From Candidatus Omnitrophota bacterium (lineage in GTDB: Bacteria > Omnitrophota > Gorgyraeia > Gorgyraeales > Gorgyraeaceae), in the NCBI GenBank assembly GCA_043822665.1, contig JBDRBM010000034.1, forward strand, positions 3,757-67,756: DNA of 64,000 bases. The letters are read 5' to 3'. The first letter of the stretch is position 1. Each line of letters begins with the position of its first letter. Shown here in pieces: positions 52,579-63,145 of this stretch. The notes below the pieces were generated by a model, which was not told the DNA's origin, did not search any database, and saw only the letters and a list, made by a program, of their open reading frames with translations. A program made the position numbers and the translations under genes.

Positions 52579-55305
52579 ATGAAAAAAGAAAGACTTTTTT
52601 TGATAGACGGGAATTCCTATTGTTATAGGGCATACTATGCCATAAAAGACCTGAGGAGTTCCAGGGGGCAGCCGACAAACGCCGTGTATGGATTTATCCT
52701 TATGCTGAAGAAATTGTTAAGCGTTGAAAAACCGGATTATATAGGAATAGCCTTTGATCTAAAAGGCCCGACATTCAGGCACAAAAAATTTAAGGAATAC
52801 AAAATAAAGAGAAAACCAATGCCGGATGACCTTGTTTCGCAGATACCTTTAATAAAAGAAGTCGTTACAGCCTACAATATACCTATATTTGAAAAGGAAG
52901 GATTTGAGGCAGATGATGTACTGGCAACAATAGCCAGAAAGATAGCAAAAAAAGGCATAGAAGTTTATGTTGTCACAGGGGACAAGGATGCCCTGCAGTT
53001 TGTAGACGATAATATAAAGGTCTATAGCACTCATAAGGAAGGGCTTGTTTACGATAGAGAGGCTGTAAAGAAAAGGTTTTCAGGCCTTGGCCCTGAAAAC
53101 ATGATAGATCTGATGGCATTATCCGGAGATGCAAGTGACAATATACCCGGCGTCAAGGGCATAGGGGAAAAAACAGCTATAGATCTGATAAAGGATTTCG
53201 GGGATATAGATAATCTGTACAAGAATATTGATAGCATAAAGAGTGAATCAAAAAAGAATATGCTCGCTAGTCAAGAAGATATGGCGCGGTTATCAAAGGA
53301 ACTGGCTACAGTAGACGATTCCGTGCCAGTAGAAATGGAACTTAGTGATATGCGGGTAAAAGGTCCTGACAGGGAGAGATTGCTCAAGATATTCAAGGAC
53401 CTGGATTTTAAGGCCCTGGCGAAGGAAGTTGCGCCGAATAGCTCTGGGTTGCGGTCAGGGGCATGCTACAAGACTATAGTTGATAAGGCAGGTTTCGAGA
53501 GCTTTATCAGTGAGTTAAAAAAACAAAAGGAGTTCGTGCTTGATTTTGAGACAACAAGCGAGAACCCCCTGGAAGCAGTGCCTGTGGGAATATCATTTTG
53601 CTGGGAGCCTGGTAAGGCGTATTACGCGGCTCTGGTAAAAAAAGGGAAAGAGGCGGAAGAGCCTTCGGCCCTTATCAGGACAGGCAGGAAGCAGGGTGTG
53701 GATTTAGGGTATGCCCTTGAATCTTTGAAAGAGATCATGGAAGATAAAGAAATAAAAAAAATAGGGCAAAATATAAAATACGAGAAATTAATTTTGTCTA
53801 ACTACGGCATAAGGTTGAATGGCGTGGAGTTTGATACAATGATAGCGTCTTACTTATTGAATCCTTCAAAGTTCGTCCACAGCCTCGATGACATGGCCTT
53901 TGAGCGGTTGGACCATAAAATGATATCTACGGACGAGCTTTTGGGTACAGGGAAAAACCGCATAACCATGGGGGATGTCCGGCTGGACAGGATTTCAGAG
54001 TATTCCTGCGAAGATAGTGATGTGACATTCAGGTTAAAGCAGATCCTTGAAAAAGAACTGTTCGAGAAAGAATTGGACAGGCTTTTCAGGGAGATAGAAC
54101 TGCCTTTAATAGACGTGCTTTTAGAGATGGAACGCTCTGGCGTGAAAGTGGATATTGAATTGTTAAAAGGCATGTCCATGAGCTTGGATAAAGAACTGAC
54201 GGTTATTGTAAAAAATATCTATGACATGGCAGGTACTGAATTTAACATCAATTCTCCCAAACAGTTGAGCGAGGTTCTTTTTGAAAAGCTAGATCTGCCT
54301 GTGATAAAAAAAACTAAGACAGGGTTTTCCACAGATGTAAATGTCCTGGAGAGGTTAGCTTTTATGCACCCGCTGCCAAAAGAACTCCTTAGATACAGAG
54401 AATTATCAAAATTAAAATCAACTTATATAGATGCCTTGCCTGAACTTGTAAGCAAGAAAACCGGCAGGCTCCATACGTCGTTTAATCAGACAATAACAGC
54501 TACCGGCAGGCTTTCGTCCAGCAAGCCTAATCTGCAAAATATACCGATAAAGACGCGGCATGGCAGGGAAATACGAAAGGCATTTATAGGAGAAAAAGAC
54601 AATTGGATAATATCCGCGGATTACTCACAGATAGAACTGAGAATACTGGCGCACCTGTCAAAAGACGACGAGCTGATAAAGGCATTTGAAGAGGGGCTGG
54701 ATGTCCATACGCACACAGCTTCTTTGATCTTCAATGTCAGGGAAAAAGACGTGACTCAGGAGCAGAGGGCCAGCGCAAAAACAGTAAATTTCGGAATAGT
54801 CTACGGCATAAGCGCTTTTGGCCTTTCAAGAGGCCTTTCTATCGACCCTGCCAGCGCGCAGAAATTCATAGATTCTTACTTTGAGAGATACCCGCGCGTA
54901 AAATTGTATATGGAGGACACAATAGAGGGGGCCAGAGAGACGGGTTACGTAACAACGCTTTTTAACAGGCGCAGGTACATACCAGAGATAAACGCGGGCA
55001 GCGTAAGGGAACAACAGCAGGCTGAAAGGATAGCCATCAATACGCCCGTACAGGGTTCCGCGGCCGACCTTATAAAGATAGCGATGATTGATATACACAA
55101 GGAAATGGCAGGGAAGGGTGTTTCCTCGGAGATGATACTGCAGGTGCACGATGAACTTGTATTTGAAGTCCCGAAAAAAGAAATTAAATTAATGGCGGAC
55201 ATGGTTAAGAAAAAAATGGAAGGCGCTGTAAAATTATGTATACCTGTAAAGGTAAGCGTAAAGGGCGGGAAGAACTGGCTGGAGATGGAGGAGATTAAGC
55301 CTTGA
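52579..55305 (+). CDS. polA: DNA polymerase I
   Basis: 908 aa. 5' nuclease LFLIDGNSYCYRAYYA. Pol motifs ADYSQIELRILAH, RASAKTVNFGIVYG and LQVHDELVFE. Confidence 0.96.
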   Translation: MKKERLFLIDGNSYCYRAYYAIKDLRSSRGQPTNAVYGFILMLKKLLSVEKPDYIGIAFDLKGPTFRHKKFKEYKIKRKPMPDDLVSQIPLIKEVVTAYNIPIFEKEGFEADDVLATIARKIAKKGIEVYVVTGDKDALQFVDDNIKVYSTHKEGLVYDREAVKKRFSGLGPENMIDLMALSGDASDNIPGVKGIGEKTAIDLIKDFGDIDNLYKNIDSIKSESKKNMLASQEDMARLSKELATVDDSVPVEMELSDMRVKGPDRERLLKIFKDLDFKALAKEVAPNSSGLRSGACYKTIVDKAGFESFISELKKQKEFVLDFETTSENPLEAVPVGISFCWEPGKAYYAALVKKGKEAEEPSALIRTGRKQGVDLGYALESLKEIMEDKEIKKIGQNIKYEKLILSNYGIRLNGVEFDTMIASYLLNPSKFVHSLDDMAFERLDHKMISTDELLGTGKNRITMGDVRLDRISEYSCEDSDVTFRLKQILEKELFEKELDRLFREIELPLIDVLLEMERSGVKVDIELLKGMSMSLDKELTVIVKNIYDMAGTEFNINSPKQLSEVLFEKLDLPVIKKTKTGFSTDVNVLERLAFMHPLPKELLRYRELSKLKSTYIDALPELVSKKTGRLHTSFNQTITATGRLSSSKPNLQNIPIKTRHGREIRKAFIGEKDNWIISADYSQIELRILAHLSKDDELIKAFEEGLDVHTHTASLIFNVREKDVTQEQRASAKTVNFGIVYGISAFGLSRGLSIDPASAQKFIDSYFERYPRVKLYMEDTIEGARETGYVTTLFNRRRYIPEINAGSVREQQQAERIAINTPVQGSAADLIKIAMIDIHKEMAGKGVSSEMILQVHDELVFEVPKKEIKLMADMVKKKMEGAVKLCIPVKVSVKGGKNWLEMEEIKP

Positions 55306-55913
55306 GGACGCAGGACAAGGTCATTGGCATTACCGGTAGTTTTGGAAGCGGTAAGACAACTGTGGCGGAGATGTTTGGCGCCTTAGGCGCGTATGTTATT
55401 GACGCGGATATGATTTGCCATGAACTAATGTTACCCGGTAGAATAGTGTATAGAAAAATAATAAGGCATTTTGGTAAAGATATTATCAGTTCGGATAAAA
55501 ACATAGACAGAGGCAGGCTCGCGGATATTGTTTTTAGTAAAACCTCAAAGCTAGCGTTGTTAAATAGGCTGGTTCACCCGGCAGCAATAAGAGAGATAGA
55601 AGGGGCAATACGCCGCGACAAAAACAGGCGCCAGATTGTTGTAGAGGGGGCCTTGCTTGTTGAGTCAGGTTTTTACAGGAAGCTGGACGCCCTGATAGTT
55701 GTTAGGTCAAAGAGGGATAAGCAGGTCTCTAGGTTGATGCGGGCAAAAGGAATAACAAGAAAGGATATATTCAGAAGACTGCGTTCGCAGGCATCAGTTA
55801 AAAAAAAGCTGGCGTTCGCGGACTTTATTATAGATAATAGTGGTTCAAAAAAGGAAACAAGAACCCAGGTTGAAAAAATCTGGGATCAAATCCACACCTT
55901 AAAAAGGTGCTAA
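55302..55913 (+). CDS. coaE: Dephospho-CoA kinase
   Basis: [16 protein letters not shown]-loop; 203 aa; TTG start overlapping the polA stop. Confidence 0.88.
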   Translation: MRTQDKVIGITGSFGSGKTTVAEMFGALGAYVIDADMICHELMLPGRIVYRKIIRHFGKDIISSDKNIDRGRLADIVFSKTSKLALLNRLVHPAAIREIEGAIRRDKNRRQIVVEGALLVESGFYRKLDALIVVRSKRDKQVSRLMRAKGITRKDIFRRLRSQASVKKKLAFADFIIDNSGSKKETRTQVEKIWDQIHTLKRC

Positions 55914-55932
55914 CCGGAGATGGGGGCGGCTT

Positions 55933-57198
55933 ATGACTGTAACTCAAAAACTGGATATTGAAAAATTAAAATCTATTAAAATAGCGGAACTAAACAAAAT
56001 AGCTCGAGAGCTGAATGTGAACGGCGTGAGCAGCTTAAAGAAGCAAGACCTTATATTTAAGATACTTCAGGCTCAGACAGAACGAGCCGGCCTCATATTC
56101 GGTGAAGGCGTGTTAGAAGTACTGCCTGATGGTTTCGGGTTTTTACGCTCCCCTAATTACAATTACCTCCCGTGCCCCGACGATATATATATATCGCCTT
56201 CGCAGATAAAAAAGTTTGCGTTGCGTACCGGAGATACTGTGAGCGGGCAGATAAGGCCTCCCAAGGAAGGCGAAAAGTATTTTGCGCTTCTGAAAGTGGA
56301 GGCCGTGAATTTTGAAAGCCCTGAATCATCCAAGGACAAGGTATTGTTTGATAACCTGACGCCTCTTTATCCGAACCAGAGATACAAGCTTGAAATAAAA
56401 AACAGTGACCTTACAACCCGCGTGATGGATTTATTGACACCTATTGGAAAAGGGCAGAGAGGCATGATAGTAGCCCCGCCTTACAGCGGCAAGACCATTA
56501 TCATGCAAAAGGTAGCAAATAGTATAGCTGAGAATCACCCTGATACTATTATTATAGTGCTTCTCATAGATGAAAGGCCTGAAGAGGTCACAGACATGCA
56601 GAGGACCGTCAAGGGCGAAGTGATTAGTTCCACATTCGACGAACCGGCAGAGAGGCATGTTCAAGTCGCTGAGATGGTGCTTGAAAAAGCAAAAAGACTT
56701 GTTGAACACAAAAAAGATGTGGTAATCCTTTTGGATAGTATAACCCGGCTCGCGCGGGCGTATAATACAGTAGTTCCTCATTCTGGCAAAATACTCTCAG
56801 GCGGCGTGGACTCAAGCGCGCTTCACAAGCCCAAAAGGTTTTTTGGCGCGGCAAGAAATATCGAAGAAGGCGGAAGCCTGACTATCATAGCTACAGCACT
56901 GGTTGATACAGGCAGCCGCATGGACGAAGTTATATTCGAGGAATTTAAAGGTACCGGTAACATGGAAACACAGCTTGACAGGAATCTTTTTCAGAGAAGG
57001 GTATACCCCGCAATTGATATAAAAAGGTCCAATACCAGAAAAGAAGAACTTCTTCTGGAAGAAAAAGAGCTGCAAAGGATATGGATATTAAGGAAGGTCT
57101 TGAATGAGCTTAACAGCGTAGAGGCAATGGAGCTCTTGCTCGAAAAACTTCGCAAGACAAAAACAAACGAAGAATTCCTGGAGAGCATGAATCATTAA
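55933..57198 (+). CDS. rho: Transcription termination factor Rho
   Basis: N-terminal [30 protein letters not shown] and [13 protein letters not shown]; 421 aa. Confidence 0.96.
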   Translation: MTVTQKLDIEKLKSIKIAELNKIARELNVNGVSSLKKQDLIFKILQAQTERAGLIFGEGVLEVLPDGFGFLRSPNYNYLPCPDDIYISPSQIKKFALRTGDTVSGQIRPPKEGEKYFALLKVEAVNFESPESSKDKVLFDNLTPLYPNQRYKLEIKNSDLTTRVMDLLTPIGKGQRGMIVAPPYSGKTIIMQKVANSIAENHPDTIIIVLLIDERPEEVTDMQRTVKGEVISSTFDEPAERHVQVAEMVLEKAKRLVEHKKDVVILLDSITRLARAYNTVVPHSGKILSGGVDSSALHKPKRFFGAARNIEEGGSLTIIATALVDTGSRMDEVIFEEFKGTGNMETQLDRNLFQRRVYPAIDIKRSNTRKEELLLEEKELQRIWILRKVLNELNSVEAMELLLEKLRKTKTNEEFLESMNH

Positions 57199-57206
57199 GT
57201 GAGGAC

Positions 57207-57241
57207 ATATTTTATGTCAATCAAAGATTGACATAAAATAT
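57207..57241 (+). terminator. Perfect 16-bp hairpin directly after rho (terminator-like, no U-tract)
   Basis: ATATTTTATGTCAATC-AAA-GATTGACATAAAATAT. Confidence 0.5.
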
Positions 57242-57424
57242 AAGTCCGAACTTACCCCGAGCCGCTATGATTCTGGATAACATGCGGCGAGGGATTGCAG
57301 AATAAAAGATCACCCCTCGTAACTCAATAAAAAAATTATGGTTACTCGGGGTTAATTCGCGCGTGACTTATGTTCGCTCGTTTCACTCGCTCCATAAGTC
57401 ACGCGCTCATTAAAGGAGGCTGAC

Positions 57425-57631
57425 ATGAAACCAAAGATTCATCCTGATTACAAAGAGGCGACAATTATCTGCGCGTGCGGGGAGGTCATACATACCCGCT
57501 CAACAAAACAGAATATACGCGTGGAGATTTGTTCAAAATGCCACCCGTTTTTTACAGGCAAACAGAAATTTATAGATTCGGCTGGCAGGGTGGAGAAATT
57601 CCTTAAGAAATATAAAAAAAAGGATACATAA
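57425..57631 (+). CDS. rpmE: 50S ribosomal protein L31 (Zn-binding type)
   Basis: [27 protein letters not shown]...[13 protein letters not shown]. Confidence 0.95.
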   Translation: MKPKIHPDYKEATIICACGEVIHTRSTKQNIRVEICSKCHPFFTGKQKFIDSAGRVEKFLKKYKKKDT

Positions 57632-57731
57632 AACCGCATGTCGCATAGCGCCCTTCGACGTTACTCAGGGCAGGCAAATCGCATAGCGCATGGCGTAAAG
57701 GTAAATACCATACAGTTCACTCTTAAAAACT

Positions 57732-58799
57732 ATGTTTAAAAAGCTTGAAACCCTTTTAAAGCGTTACGAAGAGATACAGAGGCTTCTTTCCGATAATGAT
57801 GTGGCCTCAGATGTTGACAAATCTTATAGGCTCGCAAAGGAACTTTCTTCAATAGAAGATCGCGTCAGCTCTTACAAAGAATACAAAAGGCTTTCCGCGG
57901 AAATAAGCGTTACTAAAAAGCTTATTGAGGACGAATCACATCCCGAGCTTATTGAATTAGCCGAGAAAGAGCTCGAAGAATTAGAATCAAAAATGGCGCA
58001 ACTGTTATTAGAGATGGAGGATGCTGTTATCGAGGAAGACCCTGATGCCGGCAAGGATATAATTATGGAAATAAGGGCGGGCACTGGAGGCCAGGAGGCC
58101 TCTCTTTTTGCGGGAGATCTCTTTCGTATGTATTCCAAGTACGCCGCTAGTCAAGGCTGGAAAATAGAGATAATGGATAGTCATGGCGCTGAACGGGGTG
58201 GTTTTAAGGAAATAGTCTTTTCCGTTAAGGGCAAAGGTGTTTACAAAATGCTGAAACATGAAAGAGGCGCGCACAGGGTGCAGAGGGTTCCTGTAACAGA
58301 ATCTTCGGGCAGGATTCATACCTCAGCCGTTACTGTAGCGGTTTTACCCGAGGCAGAAGATGTTGAAGTCGAGATCAATCCGCAGGACCTGAAGATAGAT
58401 ACCTATCGTTCGAGCGGCGCGGGGGGTCAGCATGTGAACGTAACAGATTCCGCTGTAAGGATTACGCATGTGCCTACCGGAATGGTTGTGCAGTGCCAGA
58501 ACGAAAGATCTCAATATAAAAACAAGGCCGCTGCCATGAAGGTTTTAAAGGCCAGGCTTTTGGAAAACCTCAGGATTCAACAGCAGAAAAAGACAGCGAA
58601 CGACAGGAAAAGTCAGGTAGGGACAGGAGATCGAAGCGAAAAGATACGGACATATAATTTTCCAGACAGGCGCGTGACCGACCACAGGATAGGTTTCACC
58701 ATACATAAGCTTGACAGGGTTATGGAAGGCGAGATAGGTGAGATTATAGACGCCCTTCTTCAGGCTGAAAGAAAACTTAAACTCGGTCATGGCGGGTAA
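57732..58799 (+). CDS. prfA: Peptide chain release factor 1
   Basis: RVPVTES (PxT-type tripeptide) and SGAGGQHVN (GGQ); 355 aa. Confidence 0.95.
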   Translation: MFKKLETLLKRYEEIQRLLSDNDVASDVDKSYRLAKELSSIEDRVSSYKEYKRLSAEISVTKKLIEDESHPELIELAEKELEELESKMAQLLLEMEDAVIEEDPDAGKDIIMEIRAGTGGQEASLFAGDLFRMYSKYAASQGWKIEIMDSHGAERGGFKEIVFSVKGKGVYKMLKHERGAHRVQRVPVTESSGRIHTSAVTVAVLPEAEDVEVEINPQDLKIDTYRSSGAGGQHVNVTDSAVRITHVPTGMVVQCQNERSQYKNKAAAMKVLKARLLENLRIQQQKKTANDRKSQVGTGDRSEKIRTYNFPDRRVTDHRIGFTIHKLDRVMEGEIGEIIDALLQAERKLKLGHGG

Positions 58800-58821
58800 C
58801 TTACGGGTGGGATTGAGTTAA

Positions 58822-59694
58822 GTGACCATGAGAAACACAGTGACTTTACAAAAAAGGCCGATGAATCTAATAAACAAATATGCCGAAGTTATACCTCGGT
58901 TTGAAATAGAGGAATTGTTGGCGTATTTATTTAATTGCGATAAAACAGATTTGTATACAAAAGATTTACCTGTGGATAGGGAGATTGAGTTGTTATTTGA
59001 TTCTTTGGTTCTAAAGCGCCTGGCAGGTGAGCCTTTGCAGTATATTATTGGCCGCACCGACTTTATGGGGCTGGATTTTAGGGTGCAAACGGGAGTTTTT
59101 ATACCTCGTCCTGAGACAGAGCTGCTTGTAGCTAATGCGCTATCAGCTATCAGTTGTCAGTTATCACAAAAAACTTCGGTTAGAATTCTGGACCTATGCA
59201 CAGGTTCTGGATGTATCGCTATAAGTCTGGCGAAAAACATTCCCGCGGCGGAAATAATTGCTATAGACATTTCAGAGAGAGCGTTGGATACAGCGAGAGA
59301 AAATGCCGTCATTCACAATGTGGCTGAAAGGATAAAGTTTTATAAAGGCGATCTTTTTGAAGGTTTAGTGTTCGATAAAAAGGATAAATTTGATATAATA
59401 GTGTGCAATCCGCCATATATTAAGAATAGCGATATAGGACTGTTGCAGCTAGAAGTCAGGCAGGAGCCTGAGAGCGCGCTAGGCGGCGGGACTGACGGAT
59501 TAGAATTTTACAGGCAGGTATCTGATCACGCCCCGCGGTATTTGAAACAGGGATGTTCGATATTTTTAGAAATAGGCGCTGATCAATTTCAGGATGTAAA
59601 AGATATTTTTCGCACCAAGAGTTTCTATTGTCTAAAAGGAGTAAAAGAAGATTTCGCGGGCATTAAGAGGGTTATATGGATAGATTTATTATAG
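58822..59694 (+). CDS. prmC: Release factor glutamine methyltransferase
   Basis: VCNPPYI motif; follows prfA. The start is either GTG 58822 or ATG 58828. Confidence 0.9.
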   Translation: MTMRNTVTLQKRPMNLINKYAEVIPRFEIEELLAYLFNCDKTDLYTKDLPVDREIELLFDSLVLKRLAGEPLQYIIGRTDFMGLDFRVQTGVFIPRPETELLVANALSAISCQLSQKTSVRILDLCTGSGCIAISLAKNIPAAEIIAIDISERALDTARENAVIHNVAERIKFYKGDLFEGLVFDKKDKFDIIVCNPPYIKNSDIGLLQLEVRQEPESALGGGTDGLEFYRQVSDHAPRYLKQGCSIFLEIGADQFQDVKDIFRTKSFYCLKGVKEDFAGIKRVIWIDLL

Positions 59695-60941
59695 AAGGCG
59701 GAGAGAAGCTGAGAGGGACCGTGGAATTGAGCGGCGCCAAGAATGCCGCGTTGCCGATACTCGCGGCTACGCTTCTGACAGATTCCAAATCCATTATAAA
59801 AAACGTGCCGCCCTTGCGTGATGTATACACAATGCTTAGGATCATGCGTGTCCTTGGGGTTAAGGTAGGCATGGAAGACGGCATAATTACAGTAGAACCC
59901 CGAGGTTATTCTAATTGCACGGCACCCTATAAGCTTGTCAGCACCATGAGAGCGTCTATATGCGTCTTAGGGCCTGTACTTGCCAGGCTGAAACGAGCGG
60001 AAGTTTCTATGCCTGGAGGCTGTGTTATTGGGCCAAGGCCTATTGATTTGCATATTAAAGGTCTGCGCTCCATAGGAGCAGACATAAAAATAGAACGCGG
60101 CTATATCATAGCCAAAACCAAACAGTTGAGAGGGGCAAGGGTGTATCTTGGCGGAAATTTTGGTTCAAGTGTGCTGGCGACAGCAAACCTGATGATGGCC
60201 GCCACCCTTGCGAAAGGGAAGACAATTATAGAAAACGCTGCCTGCGAACCAGAGGTCTGCGACTTAGCGGATTTTCTAATAAAGATGGGGGCTAAGATAA
60301 AAGGACATGGAACGCCTGTTATAGAGATTGAGGGTGTAAAGGCCCTTCACGGCGCGGAATATTCCATAATAAATGACAGGATAGAGGCTGGGACTTTTAT
60401 GATCGCCTCGGCTATTACAGGAGGAGATATTATTATAAAACATGCCAGAGTGGAGGATTTAGGCGCGGTTATAGACAAACTGCAAAATACAGGGACAAAA
60501 ATAACCAGGATAAAGGATGGCCTGCGGGTAAGGGCGGCGAATTACTTGAAGCCTGTAGATGTAGCGACTTTACCGTATCCTGGATTTCCAACAGATATGC
60601 AGGCGCAGATGATGGCGCTGATGAGTGTAACAAAAGGTATAAGCGTGATAACAGAAAAAATTTACCCTGAAAGATTTATGCATATTAGTGAACTTGCAAG
60701 GATGGGCGGGCAGATTATGCTGGAGGGGCCAAGCGCAATAGTCAAAGGCGTGCCCAGATTAAGCGGCGCGCCGGTAATGGCATCTGATTTAAGGGCCTCT
60801 GCCGCGTTGATACTTGCCGGCCTTGTGGCCAAAGGCCGAACAGAAATATCAAGGATATATCATTTGGATAGGGGGTATCACAAGATAGAGGAAAAACTGG
60901 AAAAATTAGGCGCAAAGATCAGGCGCGAAAAAGAAGATTAA
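59676..60941 (+). CDS. murA: UDP-N-acetylglucosamine 1-carboxyvinyltransferase
   Basis: MDRFIIEGGEKLRGTVELSGAKNAALP; catalytic loop MPGGCVIGPRPIDLH. Confidence 0.95.
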   Translation: MDRFIIEGGEKLRGTVELSGAKNAALPILAATLLTDSKSIIKNVPPLRDVYTMLRIMRVLGVKVGMEDGIITVEPRGYSNCTAPYKLVSTMRASICVLGPVLARLKRAEVSMPGGCVIGPRPIDLHIKGLRSIGADIKIERGYIIAKTKQLRGARVYLGGNFGSSVLATANLMMAATLAKGKTIIENAACEPEVCDLADFLIKMGAKIKGHGTPVIEIEGVKALHGAEYSIINDRIEAGTFMIASAITGGDIIIKHARVEDLGAVIDKLQNTGTKITRIKDGLRVRAANYLKPVDVATLPYPGFPTDMQAQMMALMSVTKGISVITEKIYPERFMHISELARMGGQIMLEGPSAIVKGVPRLSGAPVMASDLRASAALILAGLVAKGRTEISRIYHLDRGYHKIEEKLEKLGAKIRREKED

Positions 60942-60975
60942 TTTGGGTATCAAGTGCTCATTAAAGGAGGTTTAA

Positions 60976-61215
60976 ATGTCGGTAAGGATAAGGTTAAAAA
61001 GATTTGGCACAAAAAAGAAACCACATCAAAGGATTGTGGTGTGTGATAAAAAACGCGCCAGGGATGGTAAGACAATAGATGAAATAGGTTATTATGACCC
61101 GTCTAAAAACCCTCCCTTAGTATTAGTTGATAAAGATAGGGCCAAGTATTGGTTGTCAAAAGGCGCGCAGCCTTCGGAAATAGTCCACAGTATATTTAAA
61201 AAACAAGGTATATAG
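60976..61215 (+). CDS. rpsP: 30S ribosomal protein S16
   Basis: MSVRIRLKRFGTKKKPHQRIVV; 79 aa. Confidence 0.95.
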   Translation: MSVRIRLKRFGTKKKPHQRIVVCDKKRARDGKTIDEIGYYDPSKNPPLVLVDKDRAKYWLSKGAQPSEIVHSIFKKQGI

Positions 61216-61321
61216 AGAATTGTTTGGAGATCCCTCGTCCGCCTATGGCGGACTCGGGATTAAATTCGCGCCATACCTTACACTCCCTTCGGTCGTGTAA
61301 GTTATGAGCTCATTTAACTTT

Positions 61322-62032
61322 ATGCGTATCGATGTAGTTACTATTTTTACTAAGATGTTTGATGCTGTAATGAGCGAGTCTATAATAAAATTGGCTCAGA
61401 AAAAAGGCGTTGTCGATATCAATATTTTAAATCTGAGGGTTTTCTCCAAGGATAAGCACAGGAAGGTTGATGATAAGCCTTTTGGAGGGGGGCCTGGCAT
61501 GGTGATGAGTGTTGAGCCATTTTTTGAGGCAATAAATTATATCCGGCGCAAGACAAAAGACCTCAGGCTTAAAACCAGGGTAATTCTCTTGACGCCAAAA
61601 GGCGTTACATTTAATCATGGCCTGGCGGAGAAATTTTCACACTATGAGCACATAGTGCTATTATGCGGGCACTATGAGGGGGTTGATGAGAGGGTCAGGG
61701 AAGCCGTGGATGAAGAGATATCAATAGGTGATTTTGTATTAACTGGGGGCGAGCTGCCCGCGATGACCATTATTGATGCTGTGGTCAGGCTCTTGCCGGG
61801 CGCGCTCGGCAATGAAGACTCACAGCAAGATGAATCATTTTATAGAGGCGTGCTTGAGTATCCGCATTATACAAGGCCCGCTCAATACAAGGGCATGAAA
61901 GTGCCGGAAATTCTTCTCTCAGGAGACCATGGAAAGATAAAAAAGTGGAGAAAAAAAGAATCTATAAAAATAACAAAAGAAAAAAGACCGGATTTATTAA
62001 TGTCAAATGACAAAGCACAAAATTCAAAATAA
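61322..62032 (+). CDS. trmD: tRNA (guanine37-N1)-methyltransferase
   Basis: MRIDVVTIF, GGGPGMVM and SIGDFVLTGGELPA. ATG at 61322 is preferred because the track start 61304 lies inside a conserved leader repeat. Confidence 0.92.
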   Translation: MRIDVVTIFTKMFDAVMSESIIKLAQKKGVVDINILNLRVFSKDKHRKVDDKPFGGGPGMVMSVEPFFEAINYIRRKTKDLRLKTRVILLTPKGVTFNHGLAEKFSHYEHIVLLCGHYEGVDERVREAVDEEISIGDFVLTGGELPAMTIIDAVVRLLPGALGNEDSQQDESFYRGVLEYPHYTRPAQYKGMKVPEILLSGDHGKIKKWRKKESIKITKEKRPDLLMSNDKAQNSK

Positions 62033-62117
62033 ATCCAAAGCACAAAACCAAATAACGAAACTGTTTTAATATTTGGTTTTGAGATTATTTTGTGCTTTGA
62101 ATTTTGTCATTTGTCAT
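62007..62117 (+). promoter_or_regulatory. Nested inverted repeats spanning the trmD 3' end and the rplS leader
   Basis: Inner 12-bp stem CAAAACCAAATA (62043-62054) / TATTTGGTTTTG (62070-62081). Outer CAAAGCAC / GTGCTTTG. Outermost ATGACAAAGCACAAAATTCAAA versus TTTGAATTTTGTCATTTGTCAT. The structure ends 4 nt before the rplS SD. Confidence 0.55.
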
Positions 62118-62130
62118 ACCAGGAGGTATT

Positions 62131-62520
62131 ATGAACAAGATAAAAGAACTGGAAAAAAGTTTCATGAAAAAGGAAATACCGAAGTTCAGCGTCGGAGACA
62201 CGGTAAAGGTGTCTGTCAGGATAAAAGAGGGCGACAAGACCCGTCTTCAGGCCTTTGAAGGAATAGTGATAGCAAAAAAAGGCTCTGGTATAAATGAGAC
62301 ATTTGCGGTGAGACGTATATCCTACGGCGAAGGAGTAGAAAGGGTGTTTCAGCTGCATTCGCCGACCGTGGACTCCGTATCTATTATAAAGAAAGGCAAG
62401 GTCAAAAGGGCCAAGCTTTATTATCTGCGAGGTAAGATTGGTAAACACACGAAAGTCGAAGAAAAGCGCGAATCAGAAGAAAAAACAGATGTTTTTATGG
62501 GAGAAGAGGGTCTTTCTTGA
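62131..62520 (+). CDS. rplS: 50S ribosomal protein L19
   Basis: AGGAGG SD. FSVGDTVKVSVRIKEGDKTRLQAFEGIVIAKKGSG and KRAKLYYLRG. Acidic C-terminal extension. Confidence 0.93.
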   Translation: MNKIKELEKSFMKKEIPKFSVGDTVKVSVRIKEGDKTRLQAFEGIVIAKKGSGINETFAVRRISYGEGVERVFQLHSPTVDSVSIIKKGKVKRAKLYYLRGKIGKHTKVEEKRESEEKTDVFMGEEGLS

Positions 62521-63145
62521 AGGCGCTTCTTTAATAGTAGGTCTCGATGAGGCAGGCCGTGGCCCTCTTGCGGGGCCTGTGGTGGCAGCGGCGGTAATGC
62601 TTACGCAAAGGCCTATGGTTAAATTTAGGATGCCAATGTTCAAGGAAAGGATAGACGATTCAAAAAAATTATTGCCTAGAGAGAGACAAAGGGCCTTTGC
62701 GGAGATTGCGGAAAAATCCATATTCGCGACCGGTCTAAAAGGCCACAACTTTATAGACAAAAAAAATATTCTTAAGGCAACGACTGCGGCGATGGAGCTG
62801 GCTGTGCGCCGCATCATAAAGCAATTCTGCCGCATGAACAATAAAGGCAGTCAAGGAATAGAAAAAAAGGTGTGCATACTGGTCGATGGCAATATTCGAT
62901 TGAACCTGCCGTACAAAACAGTACAGATAGTCCGCGGGGATTCAAAGAGCTTTACAATCGCGGCGGCTTCAATAGTAGCGAAGGTAACGCGGGACAGCAT
63001 AATGGATTCGTACGACAAGAGATATCCGGCCTATGGGTTTTTAAGGCATAAAGGGTATGGCACGAGATTTCATTTTGATGCGATAAAAAGATACGGACCA
63101 TGCCCTATACACAGAAAGACCTTCGCGCCTATCAGGGAAGCATGA
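62489..63145 (+). CDS. rnhB: Ribonuclease HII
   Basis: VGLDEAGRGPLAGPVVAAAV and DSKKL. The start is uncertain (62438 or 62489). Confidence 0.9.
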   Translation: MFLWEKRVFLEGASLIVGLDEAGRGPLAGPVVAAAVMLTQRPMVKFRMPMFKERIDDSKKLLPRERQRAFAEIAEKSIFATGLKGHNFIDKKNILKATTAAMELAVRRIIKQFCRMNNKGSQGIEKKVCILVDGNIRLNLPYKTVQIVRGDSKSFTIAAASIVAKVTRDSIMDSYDKRYPAYGFLRHKGYGTRFHFDAIKRYGPCPIHRKTFAPIREA

